A stretch of DNA of 64,000 nt from a virus. The stretch covers positions 1-64,000 of IMG/VR virus record IMGVR_UViG_3300035162_004467. One strand, written 5' to 3'. Below are positions 1-6,571 of this stretch, one piece after another (positions within the stretch are counted from its first letter, which is position 1; every line of letters starts with the position of its first letter). The notes beneath the pieces are model-generated. The model searched no databases. It was not told where the DNA came from and worked only from the letters and a program-made list of their open reading frames with translations. The position numbers and the translations under genes are program-made.

Positions 1-83
1 CGGACCACCCTCCACGCACCATCAACTTTTTCTTGGATACTTAGGCATCGCTTGTGACGGTTGTAGTAAACTTTTATTTCCAT
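1..83 (-). CDS. Partial (5' end) small phage hypothetical protein
   Basis: Manual translation MEIKVYYNRHKRCLSIQEKVDGAWRVV..., open to the window edge. It sits behind the same promoter motif as the genes starting at 2076 and 5260. Confidence 0.7.
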   Translation of the reverse strand, partial: MEIKVYYNRHKRCLSIQEKVDGAWRVV

Positions 84-120
84 AACGAGAGTATTCTGAC
101 AGAATTTCGTTCTACAACAA
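84..120 (-). promoter_or_regulatory. sigma70-like promoter, near-leaderless
   Basis: TTGTTG-16-CAGAAT (TGn extended) then ACTCTCGTT-ATG. Near-identical copy at 2077-2113. Confidence 0.6.
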
Positions 121-156
121 GCCTTTTTAAATGTTTTTAATCTAAAAAAAACTTCA

Positions 157-231
157 TAAGTCACTGAACGATAAGGAGTTAGGCGGTCACGCCCCCCGCC
201 CCGCCCTAACCCGTTGACGCTCAACGAGTTA
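157..231. repeat. 25-25-25 element copy 1 (palindrome / GC-rich core / palindrome)
   Basis: TAAGTCACTGA-ACG-ATAAGGAGTTA (157-181), core GGCGGTCACGCCCCCCGCCCCGCCC (182-206), TAACCCGTTGA-CGC-TCAACGAGTTA (207-231). Confidence 0.9.
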
Positions 232-244
232 CGGGGGTTTTCAT

Positions 245-514
245 TTAATCGTCTACCTCTTCAAAGTTGCGCATATGAGATCTAGCATATCGATATACCT
301 TGTTCATAGCTTCGCAGACTTCTGTTCTTTCTATCAAAGCTTGATTCCAAGCCTCCTCTCCTAAAGGGTAGTAATCTCTCTGGTGGAAGTCTACTTCAAG
401 GAGTTTAGCCTGAGCATCTCTTACCGCGCAAAACAAATCGTTGTATCGTCTGCGGAGGCTTTCTTCATCCGATCCATTCATGTGAATGACGGGGAATGTT
501 AATTTTTTAATCAT
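245..514 (-). CDS. Hypothetical phage protein (89 aa)
   Basis: ORF track. 4-nt overlap with the upstream ORF. Confidence 0.75.
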   Translation of the reverse strand: MIKKLTFPVIHMNGSDEESLRRRYNDLFCAVRDAQAKLLEVDFHQRDYYPLGEEAWNQALIERTEVCEAMNKVYRYARSHMRNFEEVDD

Positions 515-738
515 ATGAATTTGTTGTAGCCTTTTGGGTGGATTTGCGTAAAGCCTAACTTTCTAAATGTATCGGCCAACTTGGTCGCGCCGTGTGTCGA
601 GATAGGGATGCGAGTTTGCTCCTTATCAAAATCCCATTCAATGGAATATTCTAAGCCCTTATAGCCATTCTCTTCCTTTTTAACGCTAAAGGTTTTATCG
701 AAATGTCCTGTCAATTTAATTGTTGGTGTTTCGTTCAT
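511..738 (-). CDS. Hypothetical protein (75 aa)
   Basis: ORF track. ATGA-type overlaps on both sides. Confidence 0.7.
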   Translation of the reverse strand: MNETPTIKLTGHFDKTFSVKKEENGYKGLEYSIEWDFDKEQTRIPISTHGATKLADTFRKLGFTQIHPKGYNKFI

Positions 739-920
739 CTTGTTTTATTTTCTTTTTCTTTTTCTCGCTTTCTCCTATCCCCGAACCAAGAAGGGTCAGG
801 GACTTCCATGTTTCTACGTCGCCAAAAATTATTGTAGGCTTTGTTGAACTGATCTGTGAATCCTCTATTTAAGGCAGCGAACTTGTTTGCTTCTGAGAAG
901 TCTGGTTTTATTGGTTCCAT
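735..920 (-). CDS. Hypothetical protein (61 aa)
   Basis: ORF track. Coupled to the next gene. Confidence 0.65.
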   Translation of the reverse strand: MEPIKPDFSEANKFAALNRGFTDQFNKAYNNFWRRRNMEVPDPSWFGDRRKREKEKENKTR

Positions 921-992
921 TCTATTTTCTTCTGAGTATTAACGATATTAAGGTCATTAAAAGGACAACGGCAGTTTCTAATTCTCCTTTGT

Positions 993-1703
993 TCATTTAG
1001 GCTCAACAACAAATCCTGTTTCGTCTTTCTTTGCAAGACCTTTCTCGACTAATCCGACAACCACGCCCTTGGGATCTTTAAACCGCAAATCGTTCTCATC
1101 TCCATTCACAACGGGGGAGCCAAGATAAGTTTTAGGAAGAGAACCACGGAAAACGACGGCGACGTTGCCGCCTAGCGAAAGAATCTTTTTTATTCTGTCA
1201 TCGCTAGTCTCTTCACTGCGGGAGAATGTTAGATGATAGTTGTCAGGCATTTTACCATCAAGCCAAGCTCTCATTCTATAAAAGCCTTTTGTATAATCAT
1301 AAAAATTCACCTGTGGGAACTCTTCCATGACGTTTATTTTATCAGCCCTATGCTTTCGGATATTCTCCCAAGGAATGTCGCTTGTGAGGTTAAGGCGAAA
1401 ACAAGGAGTAAGACTTTTCTTCGCCGCGCTTTTGATAGCCTTGCCGATTTCAATCCTGAGATCCGACATGAAAGCGAAGTTATCCTTAAAGAATCTTTGC
1501 GTTTTCGCGATCCTAGCGGTTTGGACGTTGGACATACAACCGCGACCGGCAGTATCCAAACACGCTGCACGGCATCCCGCGCTTGACCATTGACAGACGT
1601 TGAATCCTGATTTAGCAGCAGGGGATAGATGGAGTCCGAACGTGCGGAATCCAACCTTTTCGCCCTTGAGTGTTTTGGCATTGCCTTGATTTAGTAATTT
1701 CAT
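993..1703 (-). CDS. GP88-family (radical-SAM-like, Cys-rich) phage protein
   Basis: N-terminal NAKTLK, then CQWSSAGCRAAC, RLNLTSDIPWE, FYDYTK, YHLTFS and NGDENDLRF, which recall the phage Gene product 88 family. Confidence 0.7.
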   Translation of the reverse strand: MKLLNQGNAKTLKGEKVGFRTFGLHLSPAAKSGFNVCQWSSAGCRAACLDTAGRGCMSNVQTARIAKTQRFFKDNFAFMSDLRIEIGKAIKSAAKKSLTPCFRLNLTSDIPWENIRKHRADKINVMEEFPQVNFYDYTKGFYRMRAWLDGKMPDNYHLTFSRSEETSDDRIKKILSLGGNVAVVFRGSLPKTYLGSPVVNGDENDLRFKDPKGVVVGLVEKGLAKKDETGFVVEPK

Positions 1704-1725
1704 CGTGTTTTTTTATATTAAAAAT

Positions 1726-2076
1726 TTACCACCAGCAAGAATAAAAGACTTTTTCTCCATTATTAATGGCCTTGAGACCGGCCTTGGTAAAGTCGAGATC
1801 CTTCTCTTTGCGCCAATCATCTTGGCTACTGTCAGGACCGTAAAAGAAACCTTGCGTTTCTGGCAAATCGCCAGCTTCGACGACTGACCGGAGAATCTTT
1901 AAATCCTCGGCAGTCAATTCCATGGGCTCACCATTCAATTCACTTTCTGGCTTCCCAGTTTTAATCGCCCAGAGTTTTTCCATCCACCCTTGCAAGGCGT
2001 TGTGCTTCCTCCAATCACAGATTTCAAAATCTTCTCCATTGGAGTCCCGACTGTTTGCGTATTGATCTAATCCCAT
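1726..2076 (-). CDS. Conserved phage hypothetical protein (MGLDQY...WRKHN...GFFYG...YSCWW type)
   Basis: Motif pattern common in phage early regions. Has its own promoter. Confidence 0.8.
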   Translation of the reverse strand: MGLDQYANSRDSNGEDFEICDWRKHNALQGWMEKLWAIKTGKPESELNGEPMELTAEDLKILRSVVEAGDLPETQGFFYGPDSSQDDWRKEKDLDFTKAGLKAINNGEKVFYSCWW

Positions 2077-2113
2077 AACGAAAGTATTCTGACAGGATTT
2101 TCAACTCGGACAA
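2077..2113 (-). promoter_or_regulatory. sigma70-like promoter, near-leaderless
   Basis: TTGTCC-16-CAGAAT-ACTTTCGTT-ATG. Confidence 0.6.
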
Positions 2114-2187
2114 GCCTTTTTTAATGATTATTAATTATTTTTTAGTGCTTGACTTATGCGGATTAAACACTAAGCAGAAAACCTTCC

Positions 2188-2262
2188 TAACTCACTGAGT
2201 GATAGCTAGTTACGGGGTGCGGCGGGGGCGCGGCCCCTAACTCATTGATACTCAACGACTTA
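2188..2262. repeat. 25-25-25 element copy 2
   Basis: TAACTCACTGA-GTG-ATAGCTAGTTA (2188-2212), core CGGGGTGCGGCGGGGGCGCGGCCCC, TAACTCATTGA-TAC-TCAACGACTTA (2238-2262). Confidence 0.9.
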
Positions 2263-2288
2263 CAGCGATTTTATTTTATTTTATTAAC

Positions 2289-2327
2289 AAAAGAAAAACC
2301 CCGCCCCCCATGCAGAGGGGACGGGGC
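2289..2327 (-). terminator. Intrinsic terminator
   Basis: Minus strand GCCCCGTCCCCTCTGCATGGGGGGCGGGG followed by TTTTTCTTTT, just after the DUF932-like stop. Confidence 0.8.
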
Positions 2328-2345
2328 TTGCTATGTCAAGGAAAT

Positions 2346-3143
2346 TTAAGCGGGAAGCACTAGGGCCGAATTTTTATCTGCCTCAGTAATCAAGGAAGGA
2401 TTCGCGACCCTGTCAAGAATATTTTGAGCCTCCATTGTCATGCGTGGAAGGTGCATGACATTGTTAGCGGTTAGACCTTTGTAAGACTCTGTGATAGCAT
2501 TAAAGATATTCCAAAGTGTTCCACGGTATTCGTGGAAGGCTCCTTTAGTGCCATCCACATCGACACCGCCATTCTGAACAAGGTCGAAGAACTCACCAAT
2601 CTTGGTCGGCTTGACGAGACCAGCCTTGAGGAGCTTATTGATTACCTCGACCTCATTAGCCTCAGTATTTTTGTAAGCATCAATGCGCTTTCCTTCATTG
2701 TCCCAAGTCTGCTGGATGGACTGGATCGCGTTGTTCATGATAAGCGGGAGATCTGCAAAGATGTTACGGGTGTGCTTACGCGACAAGGTGATATCAGAAG
2801 AGAAGCAAAGGTTTTCACACACAAGCATCGAAGAACCAACCGCGACAGAACTAGAGAACTTCTGATTGTGAGAGTTCCGAAGACCAAAGACAAGCTCGCG
2901 GTCGGTATTGTCGAAGTCTGATTTGCGAATGGCGAAACCAGAAAAGCAATTCATGCCTTTCTCGGAAAGCCCGTGCTCCTCTTGTGCAACATCGAAGCCA
3001 TTGGCCCCCAACTCACGCTTGGCGATATCAACCAACTCGTGATGGTCGATAGGGAAGTGACGCGAACCCATAGGCGCAGGCTTTTTGATTTCCTTGAGCT
3101 GATCGTAGCTGACTTTATTGGAGGAGTAGATTAGGTTTTTCAT
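2346..3143 (-). CDS. DUF932-like phage/plasmid protein
   Basis: GLRNSHN...MLVCENL...RKH and TLWNIFNAITE motifs typical of DUF932. Confidence 0.7.
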   Translation of the reverse strand: MKNLIYSSNKVSYDQLKEIKKPAPMGSRHFPIDHHELVDIAKRELGANGFDVAQEEHGLSEKGMNCFSGFAIRKSDFDNTDRELVFGLRNSHNQKFSSSVAVGSSMLVCENLCFSSDITLSRKHTRNIFADLPLIMNNAIQSIQQTWDNEGKRIDAYKNTEANEVEVINKLLKAGLVKPTKIGEFFDLVQNGGVDVDGTKGAFHEYRGTLWNIFNAITESYKGLTANNVMHLPRMTMEAQNILDRVANPSLITEADKNSALVLPA

Positions 3144-3196
3144 AGTAGTAGTTTCTAATTGGTTGACTGTCAGAGAACTGCCTCTGAACTGGTGAG

Positions 3197-3225
3197 AGTA
3201 TAAACCATTTTTTTATCAAGCACAA
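3197..3225 (-). promoter_or_regulatory. sigma70-like promoter with a ~50-nt leader containing a hairpin
   Basis: TTGTGC-17-TATACT. The leader carries the hairpin TCAGAG-GCAGTT-CTCTGA. Confidence 0.6.
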
Positions 3226-3387
3226 TACCTTTTTGCGTTAAAAGTGATTTTTTTTTGGGCCAACAATGCCAAATATTTTTACAAATAATCTTGACAAACA
3301 TCGCCAGATATTTAAGCAAATAATTGGTTAAGGTCACTAAGGTTAAATGCAAATAAGCCAAATATATAGGCCCAGATCTATAAGAGA

Positions 3388-3506
3388 TAACCTACTGATA
3401 CTCAGTGAGTTAAAGTTCACGAAAAACGTCCTAAGTCACTACTACTCAACGAGTTAGAGCCGGGCGCGGGGGCTTCCGCGCTAACTCACTGATATTCAAC
3501 GAGTTA
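3388..3506. repeat. 25-25-25 element copy 3, plus a third palindrome
   Basis: Palindromes at 3388-3412, 3432-3456 and 3482-3506. 19-bp AT-richer gap, then 25-bp core GAGCCGGGCGCGGGGGCTTCCGCGC. Confidence 0.9.
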
Positions 3507-3578
3507 CAGCGTTTTTTTCTAAAATGATTTTTGCGAGGAGGTCAACTAAAAAAGAATTTATTTTTTGCTTGCAAGCAC

Positions 3579-3609
3579 AAAAAAAACCTGCCCCCCGCAG
3601 GGGATAGGC
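3579..3609 (-). terminator. Intrinsic terminator
   Basis: Minus strand CCTATCCCC-TGCG-GGGGGCAGG followed by T8. Confidence 0.75.
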
Positions 3610-3617
3610 CGATCATA

Positions 3618-3776
3618 TTATTTAGAGGCTTTTAGGATTTGAGTTTTCTTTTCAGAAATTAACTTTTCTCCCTCAAGGGTGGAAAGGCCGTAGGATTTGA
3701 GCTTTCTTAAACCTTCTTTCATTCCTCTCAATTCTGCTTTATACATTCTTACTGTCCAGTTATCGTTTTCGCTCAT
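3618..3776 (-). CDS. Small basic hypothetical protein (52 aa; not in ORF track)
   Basis: Manual translation MSENDNWTVRMYKAELRGMKEGLRKLKSYGLSTLEGEKLISEKKTQILKASK*. Fills the gap before the terminator. Confidence 0.6.
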   Translation of the reverse strand: MSENDNWTVRMYKAELRGMKEGLRKLKSYGLSTLEGEKLISEKKTQILKASK

Positions 3777-3796
3777 GGGTATGTATTTAATTTAAT

Positions 3797-4009
3797 TTAA
3801 TTTTGAATGCGTGAGAAGTGGAGAGTTCTGAAAATTTGCTTCTTGCCGGTTTTGCTGTCATGGCTCACATCAACCACTTTGCAAACTGCGAATTCCTTAG
3901 TAGAACGCTCAACTCCGCGAAGTTGATACATACGGAGATTTTCATTGTTGGAAGTAGTATAAGTGAACTGCTTCTTGATTAGGCGAGTGATATTGTCTTG
4001 GTTTGTCAT
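3797..4009 (-). CDS. Small protein, possible WYL-like/Sm fold
   Basis: FTY...R...VD...FRTLHFSRI. Shares its motif with 4889-5260. Promoter TTTTAA-17-TAAAAT-6-ATG at 4010-4044. Confidence 0.7.
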   Translation of the reverse strand: MTNQDNITRLIKKQFTYTTSNNENLRMYQLRGVERSTKEFAVCKVVDVSHDSKTGKKQIFRTLHFSRIQN

Positions 4010-4073
4010 GTGGATATTTTACTTTAAAAACGCAGAAATTAAAAGGTTTTTCTGTATGTATTTTAATCTTTTT

Positions 4074-4253
4074 TTAAGGGAGAAATCTTCCGTCTTGCTC
4101 TGGGGCATCTGGGAGAACCGCTTGGAATTCTTTTTGGGATGCTTCGCAATCTTTTATGAACTGGCCCGAAACCTCGACAGTCTCATCCACCATTTTGTTC
4201 CATGCTTGTTCTGCTTTTGCCATTGCTGCGAGGGCTTCTTGTGATGTGGTCAT
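4074..4253 (-). CDS. Small hypothetical protein (59 aa; not in ORF track)
   Basis: Manual translation MTTSQEALAAMAKAEQAWNKMVDETVEVSGQFIKDCEASQKEFQAVLPDAPEQDGRFLP*. Confidence 0.65.
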   Translation of the reverse strand: MTTSQEALAAMAKAEQAWNKMVDETVEVSGQFIKDCEASQKEFQAVLPDAPEQDGRFLP

Positions 4254-4277
4254 AATGTCAGTGTTTTTATTGTTTTT

Positions 4278-4526
4278 TTATCCTTCAAAGTAAAGACCCA
4301 ATCCCTTTTCAGTGGGGATGTAGTGATTTTGATTTACCCAAGCAAAGCAAGTGATCAAGCCCAATTTGGTCAAGAGATCTCTGGAGTCGCTAGACTGGCA
4401 CTGCAATGCCCATTCATTCGGATAAAGCGCATCTTCCGTTCCCTCCACGCTGGCAGCAGGGCGACAGATTTTGATCAAGAGTTTAGCAGCGGAGAAGGGG
4501 AGTCTGGTTTGGTTCAGGTCGGACAT
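4278..4526 (-). CDS. Hypothetical protein (82 aa; start re-called to MSDLNQ)
   Basis: Promoter TTTTAA-17-TATACT-6-ATG (4527-4561) lies inside the longer ORF call. The C-terminal L-L-KLGLI...YIPTEKG is winged-helix-like. Confidence 0.65.
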   Translation of the reverse strand: MSDLNQTRLPFSAAKLLIKICRPAASVEGTEDALYPNEWALQCQSSDSRDLLTKLGLITCFAWVNQNHYIPTEKGLGLYFEG

Positions 4527-4644
4527 GGGCATAGTATAAAGGAAAATCTCAGAGATTAAAAGTTTTTTCTGCATGTATTTAATCTTTTTTTTTATTTAAA
4601 AAGGCTTGACATAGGCGAGCTATAGAGTAGGGGGAAAAGCCTCG

Positions 4645-4719
4645 TAAGTCGTTGATACCCAACGAGTTAGCGCCCAAGGGGGGGCGCTCCGCTCTAAGTC
4701 GTTGTCGCTCAGTGAGTTA
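4645..4719. repeat. 25-25-25 element copy 4
   Basis: TAAGTCGTTGA-TAC-CCAACGAGTTA (4645-4669), core GCGCCCAAGGGGGGGCGCTCCGCTC, TAAGTCGTTGT-CGC-TCAGTGAGTTA (4695-4719). Confidence 0.9.
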
Positions 4720-4831
4720 GAGCGTTTTTATTTAAATGTTTTTTATTTACTTTTTTAACCCTGAAAGGCTTGACACTCTCGCCATTCTGATTTAAGGTGA
4801 GGTGACACCCTCGTTCCAAGAGGCCAGCCGC

Positions 4832-4868
4832 AGAAGAAAACCCGCCAGCCTCCGAAGAGACTGACGGG
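4832..4868 (-). terminator. Intrinsic terminator (cUUCGg loop)
   Basis: Minus strand CCCGTCAGTCTC-TTCG-GAGGCTGGCGGG followed by TTTTCTTCT. Confidence 0.85.
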
Positions 4869-4888
4869 ATACACACTTAACACAGAAA

Positions 4889-5260
4889 CTAGTAAACTGA
4901 TTTCGCCAGTGCAATGGCCGTGGCCAAGCGGCCTTTTACTTTGGTGATCCCTGCAACGTGCAGGGTGCGGAACTTAGCCTCGCCTCCATCGTCTAGGTCT
5001 TGGACTTTGCCTTGGATGTAGCGACGGCCCGTACTTTTAGCATAGCCAGAGCGCTCAATTTCTTTGATTACTAACTGACGGATTCCGTCAGCCTTAACAG
5101 TAGACTCGCCTTTATTAAGGTAGGTCACGACACGATTGGTCAACTTGTTCTTGAGGTCTTCGTCACTGAGGCGATAGAGGGGATTCCCGCCAGTGCCGAC
5201 CCAGTGATCGCAGCGGGAGGAGGTGGAGGAGGTGGAGGAGGTGGTAGTGTTGTTTTTCAT
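4889..5260 (-). CDS. Hypothetical protein, possible WYL-like/Sm fold
   Basis: VTY...R...QD...KFRTLHVAGI. Promoter TTGTAA-17-TAAAAT-9-ATG at 5261-5298. Confidence 0.75.
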   Translation of the reverse strand: MKNNTTTSSTSSTSSRCDHWVGTGGNPLYRLSDEDLKNKLTNRVVTYLNKGESTVKADGIRQLVIKEIERSGYAKSTGRRYIQGKVQDLDDGGEAKFRTLHVAGITKVKGRLATAIALAKSVY

Positions 5261-5317
5261 AACGAGAGTATTTTAACTTATTTTTGGACTGCTTACAAGG
5301 ATTGTTTTGCAGTTTTC

Positions 5318-5563
5318 TTATTTTATTTCGTAGAACTTCTTCAAGGTGAGATCTCCTATCACTAGGAGAACCGCGCCGACAATGCTCGGCAGGAACATGA
5401 CAGCGAGAAAGTCAAGGCCATCCCATCCGTGCAGCACGGACGCTAAGAGTTCAGGGCCAGAGCCTAGCAAAATGACAGAGACTATGGCTACGAGATTGAA
5501 GCTTACGCATATCATCATGGAGAAGAGGAAGCGATCTACTAGGCGGTTGATTATTTTTTTCAT
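5318..5563 (-). CDS. Small membrane protein (2 TM)
   Basis: Two hydrophobic stretches with basic termini. Confidence 0.65.
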   Translation of the reverse strand: MKKIINRLVDRFLFSMMICVSFNLVAIVSVILLGSGPELLASVLHGWDGLDFLAVMFLPSIVGAVLLVIGDLTLKKFYEIK

Positions 5564-5607
5564 GTGGGTAGTTGTGGTTTAATGTTTGGTGGAGTTAAGT
5601 AAGGTGA

Positions 5608-5799
5608 TTAGAACCAATGCTGATCTCTGTCTTCCTTGTGCTTTGCGAGAACTTTCTCAAGTCTTTCTTTGATCTCAGGGTTGTCGAATGTCAGGAGACC
5701 AGTGATATAACAAAGTTCGTAACGCATGTCGCTTGCGGCAGTGCTCTCTTTAATGAACATGTCAAAGTAGTTTTTTTCTGTGTCGGTCGTCTCAGTCAT
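5608..5799 (-). CDS. Hypothetical protein (63 aa; start re-called to MTETTD)
   Basis: Consensus-like promoter TTGACA-18-TATACT-6-ATG at 5800-5835. Confidence 0.7.
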   Translation of the reverse strand: MTETTDTEKNYFDMFIKESTAASDMRYELCYITGLLTFDNPEIKERLEKVLAKHKEDRDQHWF

Positions 5800-5856
5800 G
5801 GAAGTAGTATAGTTGAAAAGCGGGGGGATTGTCAACCCCCCTTTTAAATGTTTTTT

Positions 5857-6051
5857 TTAGGAAGTGAAGACTTTCCAGAAGGTTTTATTTGCATGGCAGC
5901 ATTTTACTTCGAAGGTCTCGCCTTGGTAGCAAGTGACCGATCCTAATTTTTCAGCACACATTTGCTTGAACTCTTCAGGGTTTTCGCCCCATCCGTTCAT
6001 TGTGCCTAGGTTTTTGTACGTGTCTTGGATTTGTTTCAGTGTCATTCTCAT
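5857..6051 (-). CDS. Hypothetical Cys-containing protein (64 aa)
   Basis: ORF track. Promoter TTGCAA-17-TAAACT-6-ATG at 6052-6086. Confidence 0.7.
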   Translation of the reverse strand: MRMTLKQIQDTYKNLGTMNGWGENPEEFKQMCAEKLGSVTCYQGETFEVKCCHANKTFWKVFTS

Positions 6052-6096
6052 GTGGGTAGTTTACTTTATTTTCTTGAGTGTTGCAAGCTTTCTTTG

Positions 6097-6345
6097 CTAG
6101 TAAATTGCTTCCTCTAATTTCTGGCAGAAAAGGTCTGTGTCTTCCATGATGAAGTCGAGCTCTTCTTCCGATGCCTTGCGCCATGCACCATCGAACTTGC
6201 GGATGCTAGCTGAAGTGATAAAAGCATCGCAGAAGTCAGGGGCATCGCTGGCATCGATGCCGTCGATCACGATATTTTCGACCTCGTAGACCTCGTTGAT
6301 GATGTTGACCCTGTCGGCTTTGGCGCTGTAGTTATTTTTTTCCAT
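6097..6345 (-). CDS. Acidic hypothetical phage protein (DGID..D.PDFCDAFI type)
   Basis: ORF track, start re-called. Promoter TTTTAA-17-TATACT-6-ATG at 6346-6380. Confidence 0.75.
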   Translation of the reverse strand: MEKNNYSAKADRVNIINEVYEVENIVIDGIDASDAPDFCDAFITSASIRKFDGAWRKASEEELDFIMEDTDLFCQKLEEAIY

Positions 6346-6571
6346 GGGCAAAGTATAACCTAAGCAGCTCAGATTTAAAAGCTTTTTCTTGTACTATTTC
6401 AGCTTTTTTTTATAGGGGGGGGTTTTCTGAAAGTTTTTGCTTTTTCACTTGACTCGCACACAGCAGGGGGGTGGTGAACACTATAAGTAAACTTTTTTTA
6501 TAACTAATGGAGGATACGTCATATAATAAAATACAGCTACAAGGATAAACCCGTGTAATAGATAAAAACAA

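Noticed and set aside
157-4719. Repeat-spacer-repeat units read as CRISPR mini-arrays (with the Cas4-like gene at 57291)
   Set aside because: The repeats are degenerate within each unit, and the spacers are all extreme-GC with a shared G-tract, so they do not look like acquired sequence. There are no cas genes, and the Cas4-like nuclease sits in the replication operon as is usual for phages.
157-4719. Palindromes as XerCD dif or lox-type sites
   Set aside because: The arms are 11 bp but the centre is 3 bp rather than 6-8 bp, and no recombinase gene is visible in the window. Recombination is kept only as a hypothesis.
5216-5246. (GGAGGAGGT)n short tandem repeat
   Set aside because: It only encodes a Thr-Ser-Ser low-complexity N-terminus.
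1233-5847. Plus-strand and alternate-frame ORFs over the early genes (e.g. 1233-1586, 2532-2921, 3963-4244, 4323-4559, 5346-5582) and 3170-3361
   Set aside because: They are shadows of better-supported minus-strand genes or run through promoter DNA.
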